DNA of 64,000 nt, taken from IMG/VR virus record IMGVR_UViG_3300027601_000004. One strand, written 5' to 3'. This document shows positions 28,985-38,346 of the stretch, in pieces. Position numbers and translations under genes: made by a program. The DNA is from a virus. Taxonomy: Duplodnaviria; Heunggongvirae; Uroviricota; Caudoviricetes. Position 1 is the first letter of the stretch. Every line of letters starts with the position of its first letter. A model generated the notes under the pieces. That model saw only the letters and a list, made by a program, of their open reading frames with translations. It was not told where the DNA came from and did no database searches.

Positions 28985-31470
28985 TTTTTTATACGCACGT
29001 ATTTCCCTTTGGTAACAAAATGTGTGTCAGAGGTTATGAAAACGGCAGAGCGTTTCAACGTAAGATCGACTTTTACCCAACACTTTATGTAACATCAAAT
29101 AAAGCAGAGAGCCAGTGGCGCACACTCGATGGTCAAGTTATCGATGAAGTTAAACCTGGAACTGTAAAAGAAACACGTGAGTTCTTTGATCGTTACAAAG
29201 AAGTGCAGGGTTTCAACGTCTACGGAAACACTAACTATGTTCACCAATATATCAGCGACACTTATGAGAGTGATGTTCGTTGGGATATGGAACAAATTAA
29301 AGTGTTCACCATCGACATTGAAACTGCAGTTGAAGATGGATTCCCTGATGTCAAACAGGCGAATGAAGAGATCTTACTAATCACAATCAAAGACTTTCAA
29401 TCTAAGAGTATTATCACTTTCGGCACACGTGAGTTTGAAAATACTCGCAAGGATGTTACTTACTTCCGTTGCAAAGACGAGCAACAACTTCTCAAAGAGT
29501 TTATGATTTTCTGGCAACAGAATTATCCTGATGTTCTAACTGGATGGAACATTGGATTCTTTGACGTACCATATTTGACTAAACGTATTCAGCGTGAACT
29601 TGGCGAAGCAATCGCAGCCAAACTTTCACCATGGGGATATATCAATGAACGAAAGATCTTTGTTAAAGGTAACGAAGAAATTTCATTTGACATCCATGGT
29701 GTAAGCCAACTTGACTATCTTGACTTGTATAAGAAGTTCACTTATCAAAAGCAAGAGTCCTATCGTCTAGATTATATCGCAGGTGAAGAACTTGGTGATG
29801 CCAAGAAAGAAAACCCTGGAGATACATTTAAAGACTTCTATACAAATTACTGGCAAGACTTCGTTGAGTATAACATTCACGACGTAGAGTTGGTTGACAA
29901 ACTTGAAGATAAGATGCGACTGATTGAGTTGTGTCTTACCATGGCATACAATGCAAAGATTAACTATGAAGATGTATTCTCTCAGGTAAGAATGTGGGAC
30001 GCCATCATCTATAATCACCTGCGTAAGAAACATATCGCCATTCCTACCAAGGTTGGTTCCAGTAAGAATGAAGCATTTGAAGGTGCTTTCGTTAAAGACC
30101 CATTGCTGGGTATGCATAAGTGGGTTGCTTCTTTTGACTTGAACAGTCTATATCCTCACTTGATTATGCAGTATAACATCTCACCAGAAACATTGAGTGG
30201 TGAGAAGATCTCATGCAACGTTGAACGTCTGCTCAATCAAGAAGTTGATACTGAATATTGTAAGCGTAGGGATCTTGCGTTGACTGCCAATGGCTGGACT
30301 TACCGCAGAGATATCAAAGGGTTCATGCCTGAGTTGATGGAGAAGATGTATTCAGACCGCAGTAAGTTCAAGAAGCAGATGCTGAAAGTTGAACAGGAAT
30401 ATCAGAACGACAAGTCCAAGAAAGAACTACTGAAAGAGATTAGTCGACTGAACAACCTGCAGATGGCAATGAAGATTGCTCTCAACTCTGCTTATGGTGC
30501 GATGGGTAATCAGTATTTCCGTTACTTTGATATTCGCATGGCAGAAGGTATTACTACCAGTGGTCAACTATCGATTCGTTGGATGGCAAATGAGTTTAAT
30601 CGTTATCTCAACAAGGTCATGAAGACAGAAGGTAAAGACTTTGTTATCGCCATTGACACAGATTCAATCTATCTAACATTGGAAGAACTGATCGAGAAAG
30701 TTTGCGAAGGTAAAACTGACGACCAGAAAATTAAATATATGGATAAGGTTTGCGAAGAGATCTTCCAACCATTCATTGACCAAACGTATCAAAAGTTGGG
30801 TGAGTATATGAACGCATACTCTCAGAAGATGATTATGAAACGTGAGGTTCTTGCCGATAAGGGTATCTGGACTGCCAAGAAAAGATACATATTGAACGTA
30901 CACAATTCTGAAGGAGTGCAGTATGCTAAACCGAAACTCAAAGTTATGGGGCTTGAAATGGTCAAGTCAAGTACACCTGCTGTTATTCGTGACAAACTTA
31001 AAGATTCGATCGAAGTTATTCTCAAGGGCAGTCAAGCGGACTTACACTCGTATATCGAAAAGTTCCGTGAAGAATTCAACCAAATGCCAGTAGAGGATAT
31101 TGCTTTCCCACGTGGCGTAAATGGTTTGAGAACATATGCTGGTTCTCCGATCTATACCAAGGGAACACCTATCCATGTAAGGGGTTCACTACTTTACAAT
31201 CATTATGTCAAGAAACTTGGACTTGAAAAGAAGTATCAGTTGATTAAAGAGGGTGAGAAGGTTAAGTTTGTATATGTGAGAAAACCAAATCCATTCCAGG
31301 AAGACGTTATCGCATTCCCGCAAAATCTACCGAAAGAGTTTGGTTTGCATGACTTTATTGATTATGAAACACAGTTTGAAAAGACATTCCTCGATGCAAT
31401 GCAAACTGTAATCCAGCCGATTGGTTGGAATGTTGAAGCCAAGTCATCATTGGAGGATTTCTTTGGATAA
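28981..31470 (+). CDS. 43: Family B DNA polymerase gp43, with N-terminal 3'-5' exonuclease domain.
   Basis: Exo I FTIDIET; NSLYPHLIMQYNISPET aligns with T4 TSLYPSIIRQVNISPET; KIALNSAYGAMG and IDTDSIY polymerase motifs. No intron or intein interruption is visible. Confidence 0.96.
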   Translation: MIFYTHVFPFGNKMCVRGYENGRAFQRKIDFYPTLYVTSNKAESQWRTLDGQVIDEVKPGTVKETREFFDRYKEVQGFNVYGNTNYVHQYISDTYESDVRWDMEQIKVFTIDIETAVEDGFPDVKQANEEILLITIKDFQSKSIITFGTREFENTRKDVTYFRCKDEQQLLKEFMIFWQQNYPDVLTGWNIGFFDVPYLTKRIQRELGEAIAAKLSPWGYINERKIFVKGNEEISFDIHGVSQLDYLDLYKKFTYQKQESYRLDYIAGEELGDAKKENPGDTFKDFYTNYWQDFVEYNIHDVELVDKLEDKMRLIELCLTMAYNAKINYEDVFSQVRMWDAIIYNHLRKKHIAIPTKVGSSKNEAFEGAFVKDPLLGMHKWVASFDLNSLYPHLIMQYNISPETLSGEKISCNVERLLNQEVDTEYCKRRDLALTANGWTYRRDIKGFMPELMEKMYSDRSKFKKQMLKVEQEYQNDKSKKELLKEISRLNNLQMAMKIALNSAYGAMGNQYFRYFDIRMAEGITTSGQLSIRWMANEFNRYLNKVMKTEGKDFVIAIDTDSIYLTLEELIEKVCEGKTDDQKIKYMDKVCEEIFQPFIDQTYQKLGEYMNAYSQKMIMKREVLADKGIWTAKKRYILNVHNSEGVQYAKPKLKVMGLEMVKSSTPAVIRDKLKDSIEVILKGSQADLHSYIEKFREEFNQMPVEDIAFPRGVNGLRTYAGSPIYTKGTPIHVRGSLLYNHYVKKLGLEKKYQLIKEGEKVKFVYVRKPNPFQEDVIAFPQNLPKEFGLHDFIDYETQFEKTFLDAMQTVIQPIGWNVEAKSSLEDFFG

Positions 31471-31478
31471 TATTAAAG

Positions 31479-32017
31479 TGATTAAAACAGGAATCAACGT
31501 ATCAAAGATTCTTGCTCAATTAAAACTTTACAAAGATGATTGGAACTCTGAAGGTCAGATGAAAGGTGCTTCAACAGTCCAGAAAGAATTTGACTTCCCA
31601 CAAATTAATGCAGGTGTTTTGCAATTAGTTATTGGTGGTGTTGAGAATGAAACGCAATATGTTGGTGACACTGAGTATTGCATTAAAACACCTGCGTATA
31701 ACAGACACACAGAAATTGTTAGATTTATGAAACGAAACTTCCACGACCATTCACGTTGTGGATTCTTGTCATTGCCAGTTGGTGGTTCTGTCGGCAAACA
31801 TATAGACATCGGTAGTTATTATCAGACCAGAGATCGTTACCATCTCTCCATCGCAGGTAGATACAAATATATGGTTGGAGATGAGGAATACATAGTAGAG
31901 CCAGGAACTTTGTTGTGGTTCAATAATAAATTGCAACATGGAACTGAAAATGTTGGCAATGAAGTTCGTGTAACCTTTGTATTCGATGTGCCACATCACA
32001 AATCTAACCCAAAATAA
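31479..32017 (+). CDS. Cupin / 2OG-Fe(II)-like oxygenase superfamily protein.
   Basis: HxD...H arrangement in a DSBH-like C-terminal half. GTG start chosen just after the pol stop; an alternative ATG lies at about 31559. Confidence 0.45.
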
Positions 32018-32020
32018 AAC

Positions 32021-32049
32021 TTTACAAATAACCATACTTCGTGTATAAT
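32021..32049 (+). promoter_or_regulatory. Early promoter TTTACA-17-TATAAT upstream of uvsX.
   Basis: Exact consensus -10 with a 17-nt spacer. Confidence 0.65.
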
Positions 32050-32069
32050 AAAATTTTAGGAGTTGAAAA

Positions 32070-33137
32070 ATGAGTATACTAGATAAAATTCGCAAGAATA
32101 GTACGATTAAAGATTCTGCTATTCTATCACAATCAAAGTTCTTCACAAAGAAGGATATGATTCCTACCACTGTCCCAGCAATCAATATTGCATTGTCTGG
32201 TCGTCTTGATGGTGGTTTGACTCCAGGTATCACAATGTGGGCTGGACCAAGTAAACACTTCAAGACAGCATTCAGTTTGCTAATGGCTAAGTCTTATATG
32301 GACAAGTACCCCGATGCTGCGTTGCTTTTCTACGACTCAGAGTTCGGCACACCTCAAGCATACTTTGATTCTTTCGGTATTGATACCGAGCGTGTTATCC
32401 ATACACCACTTACTGACGTAGAGCAGTTGAAGTTTGACATCATGCAACAGCTACAAGGAGTTGAACGTGGCGACCATCTTATTATTGTTATTGATTCTAT
32501 TGGTAATCTTGCGTCTAAGAAGGAAGTAGAAGATGCACTTGATGGCAAATCTGTTGCTGATATGAGTCGTGCCAAACAGATGAAGTCATTGTTCCGTATG
32601 ATTACACCACACCTGAACCTTAAAGATATTCCATTGGTTGTTGTTAATCATACATATATGGAGATCGGTATGTTCCCCAAACCTATTGTCGGTGGTGGAA
32701 CTGGTGCCATGTACTCTGCCGATAATGTATACATTCTTGGTCGTCAACAAGAAAAAGAAGGGACTGAAGTTGTTGGATATAATTTTATTATCAATGTGGA
32801 GAAATCTCGTTATGTGCGTGAAAAATCTAAGATTCCTGTTACTGTATATCATGATGGGGGTATTAGCCGTTGGTCTGGCTTACTTGATATCGCACTCGAG
32901 TCTGGGCATGTTGTCAAGCCAAGTAATGGTTGGTATAGTAAAGTAGATGCAGATGGTGTTATTGAAGATAAGAAGTATCGCCTGAAAGATACAGATACTA
33001 AAGACTTCTGGATGCCAGTACTTATGCAAAAGTCTTTCATTGAGTTTGTTAAAAACAAATATCAGGTAGGTTCAACAGATATCCTTAAAGATGAAGATAT
33101 CGATGCAGAACTTGCTGCGATTGATGATGAAGAATAA
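32070..33137 (+). CDS. uvsX: UvsX (RecA-like) recombinase.
   Basis: Nearly co-linear with T4 UvsX: MWAGPSKHFKT, FYDSEFG, VIDSIGNLASKKE, KQMKSLFRMITP, VNHTY. Confidence 0.96.
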   Translation: MSILDKIRKNSTIKDSAILSQSKFFTKKDMIPTTVPAINIALSGRLDGGLTPGITMWAGPSKHFKTAFSLLMAKSYMDKYPDAALLFYDSEFGTPQAYFDSFGIDTERVIHTPLTDVEQLKFDIMQQLQGVERGDHLIIVIDSIGNLASKKEVEDALDGKSVADMSRAKQMKSLFRMITPHLNLKDIPLVVVNHTYMEIGMFPKPIVGGGTGAMYSADNVYILGRQQEKEGTEVVGYNFIINVEKSRYVREKSKIPVTVYHDGGISRWSGLLDIALESGHVVKPSNGWYSKVDADGVIEDKKYRLKDTDTKDFWMPVLMQKSFIEFVKNKYQVGSTDILKDEDIDAELAAIDDEE

Positions 33138-33138
33138 T

Positions 33139-33465
33139 ATGCGCAATTATGTTACTGTGCAAAATCGCAGTAATGGACATGATGCGATAAAGTTGACAGA
33201 TGGTGCATATGAAGGTATAATTTATTCTTATGGTAAAGTTGGTTTCGAAGAAGATGAAGCCAACGATTCCTTGAAGATTAGTTTTGAATATGAGATTCTT
33301 GACTACAACGATAAGGTTATCACTGACATGAAACCCTTTGAGAAATACATAGGTGATATCCTTCAAGATCTTATTCATGAAGGTATTGCGAATAATAATT
33401 TAACGTACACAGGTGGTGTTGATGAGAATAGAACAGGCGATCCTATCGAACCTGATTCACAATGA
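33139..33465 (+). CDS. Hypothetical acidic protein (108 aa).
   Basis: ATG 2 nt after the uvsX stop. Confidence 0.4.
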   Translation: MRNYVTVQNRSNGHDAIKLTDGAYEGIIYSYGKVGFEEDEANDSLKISFEYEILDYNDKVITDMKPFEKYIGDILQDLIHEGIANNNLTYTGGVDENRTGDPIEPDSQ

Positions 33466-34819
33466 GGAGTTCTGTCGTAAGGCAGTTCCTCATTTAAAGA
33501 CTGAGTATTTTGCAGATCGTAAAGAAAGTGCTATCGCTAAAATCTTAGTTGAGTTTTTTGAGCAGTATAATAAGCCAGCATCACCTGAGATTCTGGCTAT
33601 TGAGATTGGCAATATCAAAGGGCTAACTGACAAAGAAGTTCCTGAGTTCCAAGAATATGCCAAACAGTTGACTAATAAAGAACCTAATGAAGAATGGTTG
33701 ATTGGTCAGACTGAAAAGTTTTGTAAAGACAGGGCAGTTTATAATGCGATTCTTAAATCAATTCAAATTATCGATGGTAGGGACAAAGTGCATCAACAAG
33801 ATGCGATACCTACTATTCTTAGTGAAGCACTTGGTGTTTGCTTTGATAATCATGTTGGTCATGATTACATTCAGGATGCTAATGATAGGTATGATTTTTA
33901 TCACAGGGTGGAAGAGAAAATTGCTTTCGATCTTGAGATGTTCAACAAAATCACCAAAGGTGGACTCAGTAAGAAAACTTTGAACATTGCTTTGGCAGGA
34001 ACAGGTGTTGGTAAATCGTTGTTTATGTGTCACGTTGGAGCCAGTGTTCTTATGCAGGGTAAAAATGTTTTATACATAACAATGGAGATGGCTGAAGAAC
34101 GTATCGCTGAACGTATCGATGCAAACTTACTTAACCTAACCATGGATGAATTGAAAGTTGTTGATCGGGATATCTTTGATTCACGTCTACAGAAGATTGC
34201 TACAAAAACACAGGGAACACTGATTGTCAAAGAGTATCCAACTGCAGGTGCTCATGCTGGTCACTTCCGTGCTTTGTTGGAAGAGTTAAAACTTAAGAGA
34301 GAGTTTGCTCCAGATATTATCTTTATTGACTATCTGAATATCTGTGCTTCATCTAGAATGAAACAAACCCATGGTGTAAACTCTTATACATATATTAAGG
34401 CTATCGCTGAAGAACTAAGGGGACTGGCAGTTGAATACAACGTACCTATTGTTAGTGCAACTCAAACAACTCGATCTGGATTTACAAACTCAGACCCAGG
34501 ACTTGAGGACACTTCAGAATCTTTTGGACTCCCTGCGACAGCTGATTTCATGTTCGCACTTGTGAGTAATGAAGAACTTGAGCAGTTGAATCAGATTATC
34601 GTTAAGCAGTTGAAGAATCGTTACAACGACCCAAATTTCTACAAGAGGTTTGTCGTTGGTATCGATAGATCTAAAATGAAGTTATATGATGTTGAAGTTT
34701 CTGCGCAAGCAGGGCTATCAGATGTTGGAACTAAAGAAAAAGACGAACCATTGTTTGATAAATCAGATTTTGGTAAACGACTACATAGTGAGAACGAGTT
34801 TAGTGGATTTAAGTTTTAG
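33422..34819 (+). CDS. 41: Replicative DnaB-like helicase gp41.
   Basis: Walker A GTGVGKS; YITMEMAEERIAERIDANLL aligns with T4 gp41 YISMEMAEEVCAKRIDANML; FIDYLNIC; AGGTGG RBS. Confidence 0.95.
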   Translation: MRIEQAILSNLIHNEEFCRKAVPHLKTEYFADRKESAIAKILVEFFEQYNKPASPEILAIEIGNIKGLTDKEVPEFQEYAKQLTNKEPNEEWLIGQTEKFCKDRAVYNAILKSIQIIDGRDKVHQQDAIPTILSEALGVCFDNHVGHDYIQDANDRYDFYHRVEEKIAFDLEMFNKITKGGLSKKTLNIALAGTGVGKSLFMCHVGASVLMQGKNVLYITMEMAEERIAERIDANLLNLTMDELKVVDRDIFDSRLQKIATKTQGTLIVKEYPTAGAHAGHFRALLEELKLKREFAPDIIFIDYLNICASSRMKQTHGVNSYTYIKAIAEELRGLAVEYNVPIVSATQTTRSGFTNSDPGLEDTSESFGLPATADFMFALVSNEELEQLNQIIVKQLKNRYNDPNFYKRFVVGIDRSKMKLYDVEVSAQAGLSDVGTKEKDEPLFDKSDFGKRLHSENEFSGFKF

Positions 34820-34828
34820 GAGAGAGAA

Positions 34829-36130
34829 ATGACAGTTAAAGTTATTGTCGCTGATAAAAAGATTGATTGTAAACATTTGATTGGTCAATTCGTTGACGAG
34901 AATCATTACGACCATCTTATCGAAGAAGATACTGATGTTTATATGCCAGCACCTTATGGTGAAGATCCTATCAATGAAGACAGGATTGTATTGAAGTTCC
35001 GTAAGAACTTCTTCACCAAAGAACAACAAGACCAAGCGTATGCAGGTCTTCGTGAAGCTGCAACTGAAACACAGAATCGTGGCGCAGCAGCAGGTCCACG
35101 TGGTGAGAAGTTGGGTAATCGTGAATGGGTTACTGAGTATGAATCTGAGATGGTTGAATACTTCCTTGACCCATACTCTGGTCTTGCAGGAGATCCTGTA
35201 GAAGATATTATCAAACGCTATAAGGGTAAACCACCTACTCCATCTAATCGCAATAATGTTTGGTCGATTGAAAGAACTAAGTCAACCAATTTTAATTTCG
35301 ATCAGTGGGTTGAGAAAGTGCGTACACTTCCACGACAAGAACAAATTAAAGAAGCAAACTTTGTTGCTGATGAATTGATTTGTGCAACCACTTACGCTAA
35401 CTCAGTTTATTCTGGCATCGCAGGTTGGTTCGATCGTTATCCTCGCATTCCTTATGGTCGTGCAACATCTTACACTGCCAAGAATCCTGAGAAGTTTGCA
35501 CTTGCTTACCCATTCCTACAAACATTGTCAAATGGTTTTAGGGATCTACTACCACAGCGTTATGAAGCACAGATGAAAGCAGCGAGACAAGTTGATCCTC
35601 GTTTCCTAGTTCCTGGAACTCCATTCACAACTGTTACTGTGAATAAAACATTCAGAACTGCTGCTCACTATGACGTTGGCGATTTAAATAGTGGTCTTTC
35701 AAATCTACTAACTTTGTCAAATGATGGACGTTACAGTGGTGGTTATTTGATTGCACCTGAGTATCGTGTTGCTGTTAATCCACGTCCAGGCGACTTGCTA
35801 TTGATTAACAACCATGATGTTATGCATGGCAACACTCCTATCGTTTGTGAAGAAGGTTCTGAGCGTATCAGTTTGGTTTGCTACTTCCGTGAGAAGATGC
35901 TTGAGTTGGGTTCTTGGGAATATGAGAACTGTCGTTATGACTTCGTTGAACAACGTCGCAAGAATCCTGAACATCCGATGCAACGTAAACTTTGGAATGG
36001 TGTTTCCGAAGGTATGTGGACTTCTGACGAGTGGTACGACTATTGTCGTGAAAAACTTGGAGATGAAATCCTAATTAAATATCATCCAGAATCAATGAAG
36101 TCTGGATCACTTGATGAATTTTTTGCGTAA
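34829..36130 (+). CDS. 2OG-Fe(II) dioxygenase; TET/JBP-like candidate for nucleic-acid base oxidation.
   Basis: HYD (HxD), then HGNT about 57 aa later, then RISLV (RxS) 10 aa after that: a classic DSBH facial triad plus 2OG-binding Arg. Confidence 0.55.
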   Translation: MTVKVIVADKKIDCKHLIGQFVDENHYDHLIEEDTDVYMPAPYGEDPINEDRIVLKFRKNFFTKEQQDQAYAGLREAATETQNRGAAAGPRGEKLGNREWVTEYESEMVEYFLDPYSGLAGDPVEDIIKRYKGKPPTPSNRNNVWSIERTKSTNFNFDQWVEKVRTLPRQEQIKEANFVADELICATTYANSVYSGIAGWFDRYPRIPYGRATSYTAKNPEKFALAYPFLQTLSNGFRDLLPQRYEAQMKAARQVDPRFLVPGTPFTTVTVNKTFRTAAHYDVGDLNSGLSNLLTLSNDGRYSGGYLIAPEYRVAVNPRPGDLLLINNHDVMHGNTPIVCEEGSERISLVCYFREKMLELGSWEYENCRYDFVEQRRKNPEHPMQRKLWNGVSEGMWTSDEWYDYCREKLGDEILIKYHPESMKSGSLDEFFA

Positions 36131-36138
36131 GGTTTATT

Positions 36139-37146
36139 ATGTCACTACATGAGTTTCTAGGTGAAGAAAGGTTGTTAGAGTGGTTCTATTCAAAGAACTC
36201 TAGCAATACTGGAACTAAAATTGGTTATCGCAGAGTTTCTGGTAAGATTGGTTTGACCAACAAAGAGAATGGTGTTCGTGGAGCATGGGTAGAGAAACGT
36301 GTTGCTCTGTTCAAGAACATGCTTGATTTTGGTCATCGAATCATTCCACTATCAGAAGCAACTGATGCAACCAAAGATGATGGGTTTGAAACATTTGACA
36401 CATATCAAGATTGTGATGTTCTCATGCTTGAGTTTGGTGGAACTAATTTGCAGTTCTATCAGAAGTACTGGGATAAAACTGTTGAGATGATTAAAGCACA
36501 TAAGGGTCGCATCATCTTTTTGAATGACGATCCAGATCTTCCATTCCTTTGGGAGTTGTTACCTGATGAAGATTGGTCACGTTGGACTATTGCAGCCAAT
36601 GCGACTGAGTGTAATGAAGTTGCAACTATCCTGAAGTGTCCTATCGGAACTACAACTGTTGATTTACCCATGGCATCTGGTATGGAGTTTGCTGAATTTC
36701 ATCCAGGTAATATTGAGAAGGTGGTTTACATTGGTAGACCAAATGGCAGAACCAAATACTTCAAAGAGTTTACTTCTTCACGTTGTCTTCAAGTTGCAGG
36801 TAAAGAAGCTGAATGGGATGATTTTGAAGCACTTGAGATTCTACCAAACCCACAGCAAAGAGATCGTAGAAAGTTCTATCAACAGTTCTATGGCTGTCTA
36901 GCTGTCTATGACGATAAACATAAGAAGTCTGGTTGGAGAACTGGTCGTGCATATCATGCTCTTTATGCAGGTATTCCTGTCTGCGCACCGAAAGGTAACA
37001 ATGGTTTGAATTGGTGTTTCCCTACAGATACCAAAATGGAGTTGGATAAGTTTGCGTCATTCCCAGAGGAAGTCCGTAGAAATATCTGGGAAAAGCAGAA
37101 AGCTGTTGTAGAAAAGACTGGAAAGGTTGATCCATTAATCCTATGA
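36139..37146 (+). CDS. Putative glycosyltransferase or other group transferase (GT-B-like C-terminal half).
   Basis: C-terminal WRTGRAYHALYAGIPVCAP resembles the GT-B donor-binding helix; sits immediately next to the dioxygenase. Confidence 0.35.
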   Translation: MSLHEFLGEERLLEWFYSKNSSNTGTKIGYRRVSGKIGLTNKENGVRGAWVEKRVALFKNMLDFGHRIIPLSEATDATKDDGFETFDTYQDCDVLMLEFGGTNLQFYQKYWDKTVEMIKAHKGRIIFLNDDPDLPFLWELLPDEDWSRWTIAANATECNEVATILKCPIGTTTVDLPMASGMEFAEFHPGNIEKVVYIGRPNGRTKYFKEFTSSRCLQVAGKEAEWDDFEALEILPNPQQRDRRKFYQQFYGCLAVYDDKHKKSGWRTGRAYHALYAGIPVCAPKGNNGLNWCFPTDTKMELDKFASFPEEVRRNIWEKQKAVVEKTGKVDPLIL

Positions 37147-37595
37147 TAGTTTCTTATGACATCGATGGGGTTCTGGCTGCTCAGCCACCGCCATCCGAAA
37201 TGAAGTGGGGTAAAATGAATGGGGTTCAAAGAAAGGCTAGGAAGGACTTTTTGTACGATTGGTACGAGAATGCCGAGAAACTTATAGAGCCAGTTGAGAC
37301 CCAATTTTACGCCATTTCTGCAAGAAAACGAGAGCCAAGAATACATACAATCACAAAAGACTGGCTGAATAAATATTATGGTGGAAGAGTAATTTCCTTC
37401 CATCTTCTAGATAATACCAGAACTGTTGAAAATGTAGTCCGATTTAAGTCCGAAAGGGTGCTTGAATTGGGTATACAACGACATTATGAAGACAACAAAA
37501 AAGTACTGAGAGGGATGCGCAAACTGTTACCCCAAACTGTTGAGTTGTATTTTTGGGAAAGGGGTATGCAGGAGCCAGTTCCTTTTATCAAATAG
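37143..37595 (+). CDS. HAD-superfamily 5'(3')-deoxyribonucleotidase-like (NT5C-type) protein.
   Basis: N-terminal YDIDGVLA matches HAD motif I as it appears in NT5C enzymes. Confidence 0.45.
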   Translation: MIVSYDIDGVLAAQPPPSEMKWGKMNGVQRKARKDFLYDWYENAEKLIEPVETQFYAISARKREPRIHTITKDWLNKYYGGRVISFHLLDNTRTVENVVRFKSERVLELGIQRHYEDNKKVLRGMRKLLPQTVELYFWERGMQEPVPFIK

Positions 37596-37603
37596 GGCTG
37601 AAT

Positions 37604-38320
37604 ATGAAGTTCCTGGAAAATTATAACTCCGACTGGATGGACATGCTCAATTTTTATGAGCGTCCATTTAGGGCTAAACTTGTTCCAGCAAAAGTCCTCA
37701 AGGATCTAGACAAGTATAGAAACGATTCAAAAGGTTTAGCCAACTATCTTAAAAAGTGGCGAACTAAAGTTGTATGGAGAGAAGAGAAGTCTAAGGCTAG
37801 TTGGACTGAGAAGTATGTTTGTATTGGTGGTGAGTATGATCCAGAAAATAGACAGTCACTTTTAATAATACATACAACCAAATTTGATACATTTAATTTC
37901 AATGACCAAGTTTGGGAAAAGTTTAAGTTTCGTTTATTGCAAACTTTGATGCATGAGATAATTCACTTCATGCAATATGATAGACGTGATGATACATGGA
38001 GCAATTATGTTGTTCCTTATAAGAAAGTTGGTATAGCCAAAAAAGACGCAGAAAGAAAGTACCTTTCTGAGTTCGATGAGATACAAGCATATGCTCATTG
38101 TGTATACCTAGACTTCAAAGTACTAAGACCAAACGTAGATATTAATACGCTACTAAATCGCTGCAAGAAATCTCGCGATTCAAAAACCCTCCACTATTTC
38201 CTCAAGACATTCGACTACGACTTCCGAAACAATGAATCTCCAAGAAAGATCATTTACCAGATCGGTAAGTGGGATCGCAAATACGAGAAAGTTATTCGTA
38301 GACAGCGCAGACCTAAATAG
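37604..38320 (+). CDS. HExxH zinc-metallopeptidase-like protein (ImmA/IrrE- or SprT-like).
   Basis: LMHEIIHFMQYD with a downstream EFDEIQAY provides a possible third zinc ligand. Confidence 0.4.
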   Translation: MKFLENYNSDWMDMLNFYERPFRAKLVPAKVLKDLDKYRNDSKGLANYLKKWRTKVVWREEKSKASWTEKYVCIGGEYDPENRQSLLIIHTTKFDTFNFNDQVWEKFKFRLLQTLMHEIIHFMQYDRRDDTWSNYVVPYKKVGIAKKDAERKYLSEFDEIQAYAHCVYLDFKVLRPNVDINTLLNRCKKSRDSKTLHYFLKTFDYDFRNNESPRKIIYQIGKWDRKYEKVIRRQRRPK

Positions 38321-38337
38321 TACAATAATTATTGTAC
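38320..38337 (+). promoter_or_regulatory. Perfect 18-bp palindrome GTACAATAATTATTGTAC; candidate operator.
   Basis: Half-site TACAATAAT equals the conserved -35 block of the repeated early promoters. Confidence 0.4.
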
Positions 38338-38346
38338 GGGGTTCCC

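Noticed and set aside
28981-31470. Introns or inteins in pol, nrdA, nrdB, thyX (common in T4-like phages)
   Set aside because: All four genes are single continuous ORFs with their conserved motifs in order and no unexplained insertions. The GIY-YIG gene at 56289 is free-standing, not intron-borne.
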